DNA of 63,184 nucleotides, filler included, from Conidiobolus incongruus B7586 (lineage: Eukaryota): the NCBI GenBank assembly GCA_000697335.1. It is 12 parts of 12 records of this genome, joined end to end, with 100 filler letters (N's around TTAATTAATTAA, not from the genome) between each part and the next. Parts side by side here need not be neighbours in the genome. Positions count along the whole stretch, not along the records: positions 34,121 to 50,851 come from JNEM01007155.1; positions 50,952 to 53,966 come from JNEM01007156.1; 10 more parts are not named here. One strand, given 5' to 3'. Positions 38,614 to 51,611 of this stretch are shown here, one piece after another (position 1 is the first letter of the stretch; every line of letters starts with the position of its first letter). The notes beneath the pieces were generated by a model, which worked only from the letters and a program-made list of their open reading frames with translations, searched no databases and was not told the origin of the DNA. The translations under genes and the position numbers were made by a program.

Positions 38614-39457
38614 TATAAATATAAATTAAATTCAATTGATTATAATCTCTTATATAAATTCAATTAAAATAAAAATATACTAAAGATGGAAATAAACTAT
38701 AAAGAGCAAAATGGCTTTTATAATTTTCAGGATTTAATATTACTATATATAAATCTTATTTTCAATATTCAGGTAATAAGTTAAAAATTTTATTATTATT
38801 TATTTGAATCACTGCAAGAGATTTGATAGTGAAATTTGAATCTTAGATTTTTTATGAAAAGTTAATTCAATCAGAATTGAATTTAATTTTATTTTTTATG
38901 TCATCAAAATTAAAAATATCGTTAGATTAATACATTTATTAAGAGTTTTGATTGATTTATATTGAAAATATTTTGATCAAAAGCATAATCCAATCACAGC
39001 CCAATAGTAAAATGATGGACATTATTATTCGTTCAATCTGATATCCTCTCAATTACATACTTGTCATTAATAGAAAAGAGCATAAAGAGCGCATGTTAAT
39101 AAATCGGGTATTTAAACAATCTATTTCAAATAAATCAAATATAGAGAAAGGAATAAATTTGAAATGCTAACAAATTACAGATTAATTGCCTCTTTGTAGA
39201 AAAGATTTGCCAAATTTAAATTTTTGTAATCAAAAGAATGAAAATCAGTTGAAATTTTGAGTTGAATTGGGATGATTGAAAATAGAGTAGAATATGAAAA
39301 AAATATTGTAAATAATAATTGATTATGATTTTCATGGAAATTTTGGCACGAAACTGACTAATTGCAATTCAAACAGATATAAATATGCAATTGATAGTAG
39401 CATTATACAATATCGATTTCATCTGTTTAGTAATTAATCATTCAATTCAGTTTTAAA

Positions 39458-39982
39458 ATGAACAAATTCTTGGCTACTTTGACTTTAATCTTACCCACTT
39501 TGGCTGGTGGTTATAAGAACTATGGTGGTTATGATGATTATGGATATTCCAAGGATTATCGTCCTTCTTACTATCGTCGTGGTTGGAAGAGTTATGGAGG
39601 CTATGGAGGCTATGGAGGTTATGACAGATATGATGACTATGACTATGATGGCTATAGAAAAGATTACCGTCCATCATACTATCGTCGTGGATGGAAAGGC
39701 TATGGTGATTATGATGACTATGATGATTATGATAGCTATGGTGGCAAAGGTAGATATGGATATAACAAGGATTACCGTCCATCCTACTACCGTCGTGGAT
39801 ATGGTGGATATGATGGATATGATGGATACGGAAAAGATTATGGAAGAGGAAAGCATTATGGAGGAAAAGGAGACTATGGGTACTCTAAAGGATATGGTGG
39901 ATGGTCCTATGGAGACGATTATGACAATGATGATTACGATGATAGCTACAACAGCCATTATGCCGGTGATGAACAATATTAA
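39458..39982 (+). CDS. Secreted Gly/Tyr/Asp-rich repeat protein, copy 2 (174 aa)
   Basis: Identical to copy 1 except for the last residues (DEQY vs DEYPEKE). Confidence 0.88.
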   Translation: MNKFLATLTLILPTLAGGYKNYGGYDDYGYSKDYRPSYYRRGWKSYGGYGGYGGYDRYDDYDYDGYRKDYRPSYYRRGWKGYGDYDDYDDYDSYGGKGRYGYNKDYRPSYYRRGYGGYDGYDGYGKDYGRGKHYGGKGDYGYSKGYGGWSYGDDYDNDDYDDSYNSHYAGDEQY

Positions 39983-42926
39983 GATTACTAGATTTTATGG
40001 TAATAATGCTATAATTTTATTTATGAAGCTATTCTCCTAATACTATACCTTAAACTACTTTGTATTATTTCAATAAAATGATCTTCATTAAATTTACTAT
40101 ACTCAGTGATCACTACAATCCCAATCAATATTCATAAATAAGAATTATACTAATAATCTAACTTTTATGAACATTAACAGTATATTTTATCCTCCAATAA
40201 GATATATTAAATGTTCTGAATTCAATTTCATAATGATCAAAACTTAATAACAGTATTCATAGCTATCAATCACAGTGAATCTTTTAATTTGGTGCTATCA
40301 AATTTAACAGCCACTTAAAAATTATAAGGTATATAAAATCAATTTATTATATTTTGATAATGGTTCTTATAATATATATTTCAGTAATTTCTAACAACAT
40401 ATTTCATAATTTATAAAATACTACAAGATCATTAATTATATATCTGAAATAATAACAAAATCTTCATTACATCATTGGGAATATATTTTATTTTCAAAAT
40501 GTATGTGTAAAATCTGTATTTTTAAATTGAATGGTGCCAAATCAAGGAGACATAGTTGTGCTAAATATTATTTATTAATAAAATAATTTCGATATTATTA
40601 TATCGAAATTCTATTAAAATAATTATATATCAATAGTAATATTTAATTAATCAAATTCTTTATGTCCTTTGATTTTGATGTATATTATTTATAATCCTCC
40701 TTTTATATGATATTATTTCATATTATTGTTGCCATAATAACAATTTGTTTCAATTTAATTATAAAAATTATAAAATTTGAAAAAACATTCTTTTTACCTT
40801 CTAGTGTGAACAGTTGTTCATATTTTAATATAGTATAATGGAATCAATTGTAATATATATGCGCTATTTTCCATTCAAAAATATTCAATCCATAAATTTC
40901 GTATTTATTATGGAACTCCCAGTAGTCAATAGAGAGTAATTGACTAAAGGTTAATTTTAACTTTTTAAATATAAGAATAATTGTTTGAAATTACTAATCT
41001 TCATCTGTTCAGTTTACGCGAAATAACGTCCTTATTCTGAATATTATCACAAGTCCATCGAATTTAATAATATAGAAATGTATATTGGATACTTGGACAT
41101 GCGCGAATTGAATAGTCAATAGTAGGTAAAACATAATATATTAACAAGCTTAAAGTCTAAATTCCGCTTTTTATATATTAGTATAATTTAATAGTGGGTA
41201 TTTCTTTCATATCAAAAATGATATTCAGTAAGAAAATTTTTAAAAAGAATTAGAGTGAAATAGTGAAATAGTGAAATAGTGAAATAAATAGTCATTAAGA
41301 ATACAGTTCATGTTTAAGATTATTATATCCATTTTTTGGATTAACTGACGCATTATAAAATTATTTTACTAAGAAATCATCTAATTGATGTAGTTTATAT
41401 AATATTTCAAAAATGACAATAGCAAAAGAATATTAATATGAATAATAATATGAATTTTAATTTAAAGTGAAGTTTGATATTTGTATGAAAATATTACAAA
41501 ATTAATTAATAATTGTATAATCTTAGATTTCCAATATACAGTAAAATCAATAGAATGATAATATTGAGGGAGTGATGATATTTTTAGCTTTATTTAGTTA
41601 TTATTTAATAATAAACATCAAAATCGATGCTACAGTCCCTATATATTTAACACAAAATGAAGTAAATATTAAAAGAAAAGATAATCGAATATATAAATAT
41701 AATTTAAATATTTTACTGAAATATTAATAATAATTTACTATTATAATATTGCCATTATCCTCTCTCAATACCTCATTTGATTAATTTTTTATGTTGAAAT
41801 TTAGTTATCATTATGATAGAAAATTTTCTGAACTTTAATTGATATTAATATCATTACACGTCAATAATATTATTCAGCAAGTATAATTAACAAAAAATTT
41901 GACTAACAGAAATAGGATATAAAAATAAATTTCAAATTTAAGCAATTTTACTTGACAGAGGATTGGATGTTATATCATAGGTTTCACGACATTAATATTC
42001 AAATGTTTCATTTAGACCAGAAATAAAATCATGTTAAACTTATATAAAAAAGACTAAAAGAATTAAAACCAAAATTTACATTATGGAAAAACTATGTCCT
42101 AATGGCCAAGTCTTTGAAAAAAATTGGCATATTTATTAAATTATCATGTTTTTTATCGAATAGGAATCTGTATAATCGTCGAAATTTAGTAACAAATTTT
42201 CTTTAATATAAATTATATTTATTATTCAAACTAATATAATCTTTTAATTTTATCCAATCTAAATAATTTTACACCATTATTTTAAGTGATTATTCAATTC
42301 CAGAAATAAAGAATCTCAAATGAGCAAATATTTTATTATTGCAATGTTAATATAAAAAGATCTAATTTAAGAATTAAATGTAAAAATAAAGATTACATTA
42401 TTATATTTATTATATAATCAAAAAACTATTATTAATAGAGTCAGACTAATTTATATATTAATAATAATTGTTTAAAAAAATTAGAATCAAATTAATTTTA
42501 AAGAATATATAAATAAAAAAAATTTTATTTTAAATTAATAAATACTAATTAACTATAAAAAATTTAAATTGTTGAAAATAATTAATTGAAATATAATCAT
42601 TATTTTAACATTTGAAAATTTATTCATATTACTTATCATAATGAAATTCAAATTCAATAATTGCCAATTTTTAGAATATATCATTTCATTATACCCTATA
42701 TATCAAGTCAACTCAAGATAACTGATTGAGTTAATAGTTCGCGTCATTTTATTCATTTAAATTGAAATTTTTTAGGGTTAAGGGGATTTTATTGGTGACG
42801 TATTGGTTAAAAGCCACCAAAAATTTCTATTCTTTCTAAATTTCATATAAATTATTGTCCTTGTACTTTTTCTGAACGATTTTTAAACTCTTATCTTAAT
42901 AAAAACACTAGTTTGCTAATTCAAAA

Positions 42927-43850
42927 ATGGTTTTGAGCTATATTTTCAACTTATTTAGCGGTTGGGGTGGAAGACACAGTGGTAGTTATACTTCCAATCG
43001 ACAGCAACAAGCTTTGGTCCAGCAAATTCAAGAACAGGTACTTGAACAGGTAGTTAGCTTAGCTGATATTATTGAGCACATTGCTGAGCACCAGCTCGAA
43101 CGCCCCGATCCTGGGCATTTGCACAAGAAGTTGTTGCGCGTGACTTCCGAACAAGACCACATTATCAACAACGTTCAATTGATTGTCAACACGTTGAATG
43201 TTGATATCAAGTATCAAACCCCCCAAGAGACTCAATATAAGCAACAGATTGCTAATCGTTTGGTACAAATTGCTCAATTGAACCAGCAGTTGTATCACGT
43301 TTTGGTTTCTGCTAAAAACACTCTCAATCAGCAGCACGTACGTGACAATGCCAAGCAAGCTATTCACTTAACTCAGCTCATCCGCTTGTATGCTCAAGAT
43401 TTTGAACAATACTTGCAACACGTCGCCCGCTTTGGTGTCGACTATGAGAATTTGTCGCAGCATGGCACTCAGGGTCAAATGTATGGATCCCAGCCCTATG
43501 ATCACCATCATCACAGATTTGGTTTACACAATTTAGCTAGTCACCTTCCTGGCTTCCATAGCCATGAGTTTGGCGCCAGCCAATTCGGAGGTCATCATCA
43601 CCACAGATTTGGCATTCACAACTTGAGCCATAAATTCGGCAACAAGTTTGGATTGGGCCACCACGGCCACCCCTCCAACAGCTCCTGGGGAAATGAATTC
43701 AACCACAGCAACCAATCCAGCTCCATTTTCGGCCAGGGATTCGGTGGTCAATTCAGCCAGCAAGGTGGTCACCATGGTCAATTCGGAGGAAAGCACCCCA
43801 ACGATTTCAACCTTAACAACCCCGTTTTCGGTACTGGTGAACTCATTTAA
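42927..43850 (+). CDS. Unknown protein: Gln-rich helical N-terminus and His/Gly/Phe-rich low-complexity tail
   Basis: 307-aa ORF in a GC-rich island, good start context (aaaaATG), upstream CATATAAA. Confidence 0.8.
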   Translation: MVLSYIFNLFSGWGGRHSGSYTSNRQQQALVQQIQEQVLEQVVSLADIIEHIAEHQLERPDPGHLHKKLLRVTSEQDHIINNVQLIVNTLNVDIKYQTPQETQYKQQIANRLVQIAQLNQQLYHVLVSAKNTLNQQHVRDNAKQAIHLTQLIRLYAQDFEQYLQHVARFGVDYENLSQHGTQGQMYGSQPYDHHHHRFGLHNLASHLPGFHSHEFGASQFGGHHHHRFGIHNLSHKFGNKFGLGHHGHPSNSSWGNEFNHSNQSSSIFGQGFGGQFSQQGGHHGQFGGKHPNDFNLNNPVFGTGELI

Positions 43851-44153
43851 TTTTCTTTTCTATCCAACAATTATCAAATTACTTGATATTTAATACATTG
43901 GGATAAATTTTTTTTTTCAATTTATTTTTAAAGGAAAAAAAAATTAACTAAATGTAATAAATATCCTCTCTACCTTTGATTATTATAAATTTATTAATAT
44001 TAATTTTCTTTTTATTTGGATTAAGGGTTCTATTAAAATTAATTGAATTTAATTTTTATTATAATTATTAAGATAAATTTATTGAATATAATAGTCACAT
44101 CATGTGAATAATTTATTATTATTATTTTTATTATTATTCAAAATATTTTAATA

Positions 44154-44191
<38 letters not shown>

Positions 44192-44518
44192 AAAATATTA
44201 CGATGATTATTATTATTATTATCCATATATTAAATTAAAATAAATTAAAAAATATTTAATTAATATTTTTTTTTATTTTTGAATTTTATATATAAAAAAA
44301 TAAAATAAAATTTTTAATTATATATAAAAAGAACCAAATTGTAAAAGAAAAAAGATTAAATAACTTTTTTAAAAAAATTTTTTATGAAAAATATAATATG
44401 AATAAATAATTAAAAAATTCTTGATTTATTATAAAAATAATGGTATGATTGGATAAAAGTACAAAATATTGATGAGTATGATAATGATGAAAATGACTAT
44501 GAACTGATTTGATATCTA

Positions 44519-46612
44519 TTATAAAAATTCTTGGAGTAAGGGTTGCAAACTGTACCAAACATCTCTGACTACACAATGGCGCTTAGAACCTTCTCGAGTG
44601 GCATCAATGAGCATGTCGAGTTGTCGCTGATGGATAGCTCTTGTGCTGCCTAGTGTATCCTGACAGTTTTTGATCATGTACACGTGGACTCGGATGAGGT
44701 TGATCACACACCACCATTTGTAAGTGTCAAGGCATTGGATGTATGAAGCCATCATGGTTTCCATTTGGAAGGATCCTAAACTTGCTGCTATTTGACACTT
44801 TTGGAGAGGGTTCAACTGATGCCAGGTATTCATCGAGAGTGCTGTTTGGGATTCAAATTGATGCAAGGGCAAGTGGTTGGTATCGATGAGTGGCATATTG
44901 ATCTCAATCAAAAGAGACCAAAAATTAACATGCAAATTGACAGAGAATATCGAACTGGGTACTAGTTGTTCATTGTGGGAGAATATATGGAAGATATCAT
45001 CAGAATAACTGGTCTTAAAGATGTTGGGTAAGCGTCTGTACCATTCAATGACAAATCTTTCAAGGCTTAAGCAGCGCTTTTGGTAAGTTTCCAACTTGTT
45101 CTCGTTATTATCATATACTGAACGCTGCGAGATGAAGGGAAATTGATTACATGGGGCTCGTTTGATGAAGGTGGTGAACTCCAGTCGAAGAGTAGTCATT
45201 TGGGAGATGAGGTAGATAAAAGAAGCTTTTGCTGTGAAGTAAGTGGCAAGGAGTTCTGAATTAAACTGACTGAGATTGAGCTGTGGTGGGAATTCGGCTG
45301 AAGTTTTAGGGAGTGACATGGATGTATCATGGATATTAAAAAAGTTGGGCCAGCCTACACTATGAGCTTTAGTGATATCTCTACAGGCAGCTGTCCACCA
45401 CATTCGCTTACGCATTTCTCGAATTCTAGGTGGGAGATCGGGGCGATCGATATGTAGTCCAAGCTGAAGTGCATAGCGGTAAGCAATGCCCTGGTAGTAC
45501 CAACCTCTTTCCATGAGACGATCATAGGATAAAATATCTAGACAGGGACAAATTAATAGAAGTGCTTGCACTAGAAAAAGGGAAGGCTTGTTATAAATAC
45601 TGCACATGTATTTTTTAATCAATCGCCGGAATGGTAGATATAAAACCTGTGCTTCCCCTGGAGGATAGCATCCTGAACCAAGGGTGCAAACAACCCCAAA
45701 TAGGAGCAAAAAGTCGGGCTGTCTGCTGTTACTGAGCCAATGGTTGCAGAATGCCACAGGATCTATTACTGGGTGGTGTGGATGCAAGTATTGGAAAAAC
45801 CAGGTAATCAATTGATTTATTTTCCAGAAGGGAATTTCCGATATATCTTGGAAGATGTCAGAAGTAATTTTACCAAGCTTCATCTTCCTGACTGGAGGAT
45901 TAAGCACAAATGGAGATGATGAAGATAAATCAAGCGTTATAACGAAGTGCACATCGCTTTTTATGTTAAATAGTGTTGAAAAACGCTTGCCTGATAATTG
46001 AATAGGTGAAGTAATACATACACGTGACTTTGAACTTCTTGAAGCTTGAACTAAAGAATTGTTAGCATTAGATGCTGGTAAATTTGTATTTATATCAAAT
46101 GGTGTCAAAATAACAAAATTGCGTTCGTTGTTATTAAAAATAGGAGGACTGTTACTTTGAGAGTATGGCTGTAAAGGTGGTAAAACTGAAGAGAGTTTGT
46201 GCGGTGGTGAAATAGTACCAGTAGACTCTGAAGATGAGCTGCTAGAATCCGAACCTATAGAATACTTGTCCTGATATCTTGAGGGTTTTCTTTTTCTTAA
46301 AGTTGTATCAAGACATTCTATATTAGATTTAACGCAATTTTGGCATCGGCCAGTATCGGTCGGTGTACAGCGTTTTTTATGGTGTCTACACCAATCACAG
46401 GCTTTGCTATAGGGTTTTCTTTTCTTGACAGGTTTTTTAGCTTCGGTTTTATTTTTAGGTAATTCATTATTTTCATTTTGAATAGATGAACTTGGAGAAC
46501 ACTTCATCTGAGAAGTTGCAGAATTAGAAGTAAACTTAGTAATATCAGTCATCAAAGTTGCCTCAGAATATTTATTAAATAATTCTTGAGGAAAAGAGTA
46601 TTGTTGAATCAT
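44519..46612 (-). CDS. Zn2Cys6 fungal transcription factor with a fungal-specific middle homology region
   Basis: ACDWCRHHKKRC..CQNCVKSNIEC; FFQYLHPHHPVID; ALQLGLH..EMRKRMWW. Confidence 0.95.
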   Translation of the reverse strand: MIQQYSFPQELFNKYSEATLMTDITKFTSNSATSQMKCSPSSSIQNENNELPKNKTEAKKPVKKRKPYSKACDWCRHHKKRCTPTDTGRCQNCVKSNIECLDTTLRKRKPSRYQDKYSIGSDSSSSSSESTGTISPPHKLSSVLPPLQPYSQSNSPPIFNNNERNFVILTPFDINTNLPASNANNSLVQASRSSKSRVCITSPIQLSGKRFSTLFNIKSDVHFVITLDLSSSSPFVLNPPVRKMKLGKITSDIFQDISEIPFWKINQLITWFFQYLHPHHPVIDPVAFCNHWLSNSRQPDFLLLFGVVCTLGSGCYPPGEAQVLYLPFRRLIKKYMCSIYNKPSLFLVQALLLICPCLDILSYDRLMERGWYYQGIAYRYALQLGLHIDRPDLPPRIREMRKRMWWTAACRDITKAHSVGWPNFFNIHDTSMSLPKTSAEFPPQLNLSQFNSELLATYFTAKASFIYLISQMTTLRLEFTTFIKRAPCNQFPFISQRSVYDNNENKLETYQKRCLSLERFVIEWYRRLPNIFKTSYSDDIFHIFSHNEQLVPSSIFSVNLHVNFWSLLIEINMPLIDTNHLPLHQFESQTALSMNTWHQLNPLQKCQIAASLGSFQMETMMASYIQCLDTYKWWCVINLIRVHVYMIKNCQDTLGSTRAIHQRQLDMLIDATREGSKRHCVVRDVWYSLQPLLQEFL

Positions 46613-49600
46613 ACAGAGTGTTGAATTGGAATATTACGAAAAAACTCAGTATTATCCTTTTACCAAACTGATAAAACTGTCTAAAAAAATAAACCAATAA
46701 CAATGAAAATATCAAACTAAACCAATATTACTAATATAATTACCGACGTAAATAATAAGTTGAACAAACTAATGAAAAGTATTGGAAATAGTTTAAAAAG
46801 TAAAACAAAATTTAGTTTATTCGAATTTTATAATCCACAAATTTGTTTTTATTTAACCCTAAATATAGTTCACATGAACCAATAATAGAACACTGATAAT
46901 TGCTATTTTAAATTTAATTAAGATTCAAATAATTATTCGATTTGATTTGAATCTGAAACTGATTTATATATTCAGTTTCCATTCGATTGTCATTATATTA
47001 CTCAATTTGGAATGTACAATGTTTTTAGATTCACTTAAATGGGGGGTACTTTATCAAAATGAAAAACGAATTTTTGAAATGTAACTCTAAATAGTTAAAA
47101 TAGTTCAGTATTTTAAACACATATATTTTCAAATTCTTTAGTGTGAGTATTAATCAAGTTATGATTTTTAAATACTGTTTATTCTCCATAATTTGATAAA
47201 ATGCTGCATATGAAGTTGAATTCTATTATATGTATTAAATAGTCTTACATATTATTATCAACATAACATATTTGCTATATGGTCCAATTAAATTATTCAT
47301 GTTATTGGTAAAAGTTTGCACAGTACATATCATGATCAAAATTAATCCATATATCTGATAATTTATCACTATATGTAACTCCCACATGATTTATTTTATT
47401 ACCATTACACTCTGAATGATTAAAATTTATATTAAAAGCAATTTTTACTGATAAATAGAAATTATTGGTTGATTAATTTTGAGCCAAACTTTAAATGCAA
47501 TGTATTTTAACGATTGTTTATTCTAGAATATCCCTAAAGTACTTGAAAACAACGATTAATTGTAATGTTTTGGTTTTCAAATTGTTAATTTTAACGTATG
47601 GAAAGAGAATGAACAGTCTATTTCTTTACCGAATTTGGTAAATATATCTTTCAAATCAACTATGGAATTAATAAAGGGCATGAATATTTTAACAAATTTT
47701 AATTATTTCTAAGTTCATATTAAAATTTATATTTATTATAATTAATTACCTTTATATTGTTTTTTTAATTTTTATAAGTTGTTTAATTTCAATATTTAAA
47801 CTCAATCAACCACTTTTCAAAAACTCTTCAAAAGTACTTGATTAAATTTCATAATAAATTGAATTATATTTGTCTTGGTTTTAAAATTATGATAGTAAAT
47901 TCATTTTGGCATATATATTTTGGTTATTATGAAAATTGAATATTTATCATTTTGATGTAAATAACTATAGCTAGTACCTTTAATCTACACTCATTATACT
48001 ACCCATTAAATATTTTACTAAATTTGATCATATACTAATATCATTAATATAAAGAATTGAGTATATGAATAAATATTTTAAATAAATTTCCAAATTCAAG
48101 TAAATTAATCTCTTAAAAAAGAGTTAAAAAACATTCAATATTCAGAGTATATAATATAATTAATTCAATTGTTATATACTATTTGATATAAATAAATTTT
48201 CTTAAATATTAATTTATAAATTTATCCAAAATATAGAATATAACATTAAGATAAGAATATTTTTAATAAAAATTTTGAATATTAAAATTTAACTATATTT
48301 AATAAGTGAGTTTTAATAAAGAACCATATATTATTAATTCAAATATAATCAAATTTTAAACTTGATACTATTAATTCCTATTTTCTTTTATAATATCATA
48401 TATCATAAATCAATTATTATTTGTAATTTGGACAATATATTATTGATACTTAAATTAAGATTTTGAAATGAATGAATTTATAATAATATTCAATTATGTC
48501 CCAAAAGTTTTAAATAAAATTTTTTTCATTATATTTTTATTTTTACATTTTATAATAAATAAACTATTGATAGATTAATTTACTAATATTGAATTCAATA
48601 TAAAAAGCCTCTTAATAGCTCAGTCATTTCAGTCTTTGAAACTATAATTATTGCTGATATAATATTTGTCGAAATACCCGCTAAAGCCTTTTCATGTTTT
48701 AAAATATATGTATCGGACTATTGTTCTTCTTCGAATGTTTGGAGTATTGAGTGAAATTCATATTCTTGAAACATGATTAGTATTTCAATGGAGCTTGTTT
48801 AAACTTTTTAATATGTTACTCTATTCCACAAGAATTATTTTTCTGTAAACGTGGGATCATAATGTCTTCAATAATTTAAGTGATAATAATAAAATAAAAT
48901 ATTTCATTTAAAACTTTTAAAATAATATTAAAATTTAAAATAAGAATAATTTTTTATATTAAGATAAATTATTCGAAAAAAACAGTAATTAAATTAATAA
49001 ATCATTAATTTTGAAATTTTTGAATAAATTAATATTGATAACTTGTAATAAAAATTAATAAAGGACTTTGTGATTTTTCTATTTTTATCTCAAAATTTAA
49101 TACAAATCATATTTTAATTAGTTTATGATTAATTAATAATAGTTAATAAAATTAGATATGATGCAAGTTTGAAACTAAGTTTGTTAATTAAAGTGAGAAT
49201 ATTAACTAGATTTTTATGCGAAATGGATATTTATTTTACAATATGCGAATGTTGCAAATTGGTTGATTTTCGATGGTGATTTTTATAGTTAATTTTATTG
49301 AGTTTAGTTTGGTGGGATAGATTCATTAAGTTATGTGATACTTGGTTTTAGATATACAAATTGTACTCTTCCATTTAATGCGCTTACATTGATATTAAAA
49401 TTTCAAGATATGCCGTCATAATTTCACTATCAAAGTCAAGAAATGGAATTAATTAAAGTTTCGATTTAATTACACTATTCGGTGAACCAATGTGTGTTTG
49501 AAACCAAAAAAGATTAACATCGAGTATTTTGATCTGTGAAGAGATTATGCTTAGTCGAAACCTGAGTAACTATTGATATTGATTTTGGTATTGTTTTAAC

Positions 49601-51611
49601 TTTGGAATTCCTTTTAATAAAATTTTTAGTTTTGTTTTAAGATTTTCAAAATATAAATATTGATGATGATAACATTATTTATCATTCATATCAAGCATTT
49701 GATCAATTACAAAACTAATTTAAAACCCATCTTAAATAGTTTATTATTCGAAATATCTTTCGGATTTATTTAAATTTATATTATATTATATATTATATAT
49801 TAATAATATTATTAGCATCCTTCGATTTAAAATATATAAGTATTTTAATTATTATGAGCGTGTGAGAGTAAAATTCACTTTCAGGCATTTATATCATAAA
49901 TTAATGAGGTTAAAGTATTGTTAAATGAATTTTATTCCAAGAAAATATTATGAATATTATATGATTATTCTGCTCATTACTCTTTAATAAATATCAAAAC
50001 ACTATATAATATATAATATATAACATTGAAGTATATTTTTTATTTCAACTTTGACAAAAAATTCAGTATTATTCAATAGAAAATTTAGTTTGATTTAGCT
50101 TTAAAATAATTGTTAAAAATCATATAGATAAATAATTAATTTATAAAATTATTATATTTTTACTATATAATTATAAAATTTAATCAAATACTTTGATTTT
50201 TATCAAATAAAAATATTTTACCCGATTTAGTAATTGATTAATCAATTTCAAATTTAATATTATTCCTTATAAATTAAACAAATTTAAAATAGTAATATTA
50301 AATTATCATATATATAATTTACATAATTAATTAGAAAAAATTTTTTTAATTAAAATATATTCTATTAAAAGTAATTAAAACAACTATCTTTTTAATTATC
50401 AAACTTAAATTATTACTAATTTTATAATTAAATAAAACTGAGACTTGATTAAAACAAATATATATGTGATATTGGTGATTGTTTCAGTCAATGAAACAAA
50501 TTTACAAATTGTCTTAGTTATGAACCTTAAACAAAGTTTAAATAATCACGGTTGGAGTTTGAATCATATATTTTAAGAGGACATGTTAAAAAATTCATAA
50601 AATTATTATTATCCATATTATTCAATCATAAGAGCAAATAATTATTAAATATTATAAATTTATAAATTTTTTTTATAATTTTCATTTATTAATTAAATAA
50701 TTAATTTTAAAATTATAAATATTTTGTAATTAATTTTTATTTAATAATTTATATAATAATTTGTACTAAAATTGGTATGATATAATATTAATTATTATGA
50801 ATTTTATTCCATATATATACTTAGTAATATATTATTCTTTTTATTATATATNNNNNNNNNNNNNNNNNNNNNNNNNNNNNNNNNNNNNNNNNNNNTTAAT
50901 TAATTAANNNNNNNNNNNNNNNNNNNNNNNNNNNNNNNNNNNNNNNNNNNNTATATTATTATATTATAAAATTATTAAATACTTTATTGAATAATAATTC
51001 TACAATTATAACAAATAATTTTATTATTATTAATAAAAAATTAATATAAAAAGCTAATTAAAAACTTAAATAATTTATAAAGATATTTATATAATCATTA
51101 CTTATCTATTAATATTTTATTTATTGATTTATTAAAGTCAAATCTAGTAACTATTTCTTATATAATATAATAAGTTAATTTGCTTATATTTTTAAACTTA
51201 TAAGTAAATTACCTTTTAAATATAATATTAAATATAATATTAAATTTCTCTTTAGTATATAACTATATTCAAAACCTACTTATCATTTATCTTTTTAATA
51301 ATATTAAATTTTAAAAGGAGAAATTTAAAAATTACTTGGAAATAAATATATTAAACTTTTTTTCTATTTATAAAAATTATTTATTTTATTTATATAACAA
51401 ATTAATAATAGTTAAAGATTATATATTATTAATTACATTTTAAACTTTAAAACTATTAAGGATAATATTCTATTACTAAACTTATATAATAATAAGGATA
51501 TATTACTTAAATCAATTATATTCACTAAATTAAATATTCAAAATAAATATTATAATATCAAAGTAAAAATAATTTTATTCCCTTAATTACTTTCAATATT
51601 CTTTTAAACTA

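Larger units (their letters stand above)
35517..39973. repeat. 664-bp inverted repeat pair (35517-36180 and 39310-39973)
   Basis: The arms are reverse complements; one mismatch seen (35523 vs 39967). Confidence 0.93.

Noticed and set aside
41254..41286. (AGTGAAAT)x4 tandem repeat and the (TA)n/(ATT)n tracts
   Set aside because: Simple microsatellites without spacers; not a CRISPR array.
48607..48680. GCCTCTTAATAGCTCAGT resembling a tRNA 5' end
   Set aside because: No T-loop GTTC motif or acceptor stem follows.
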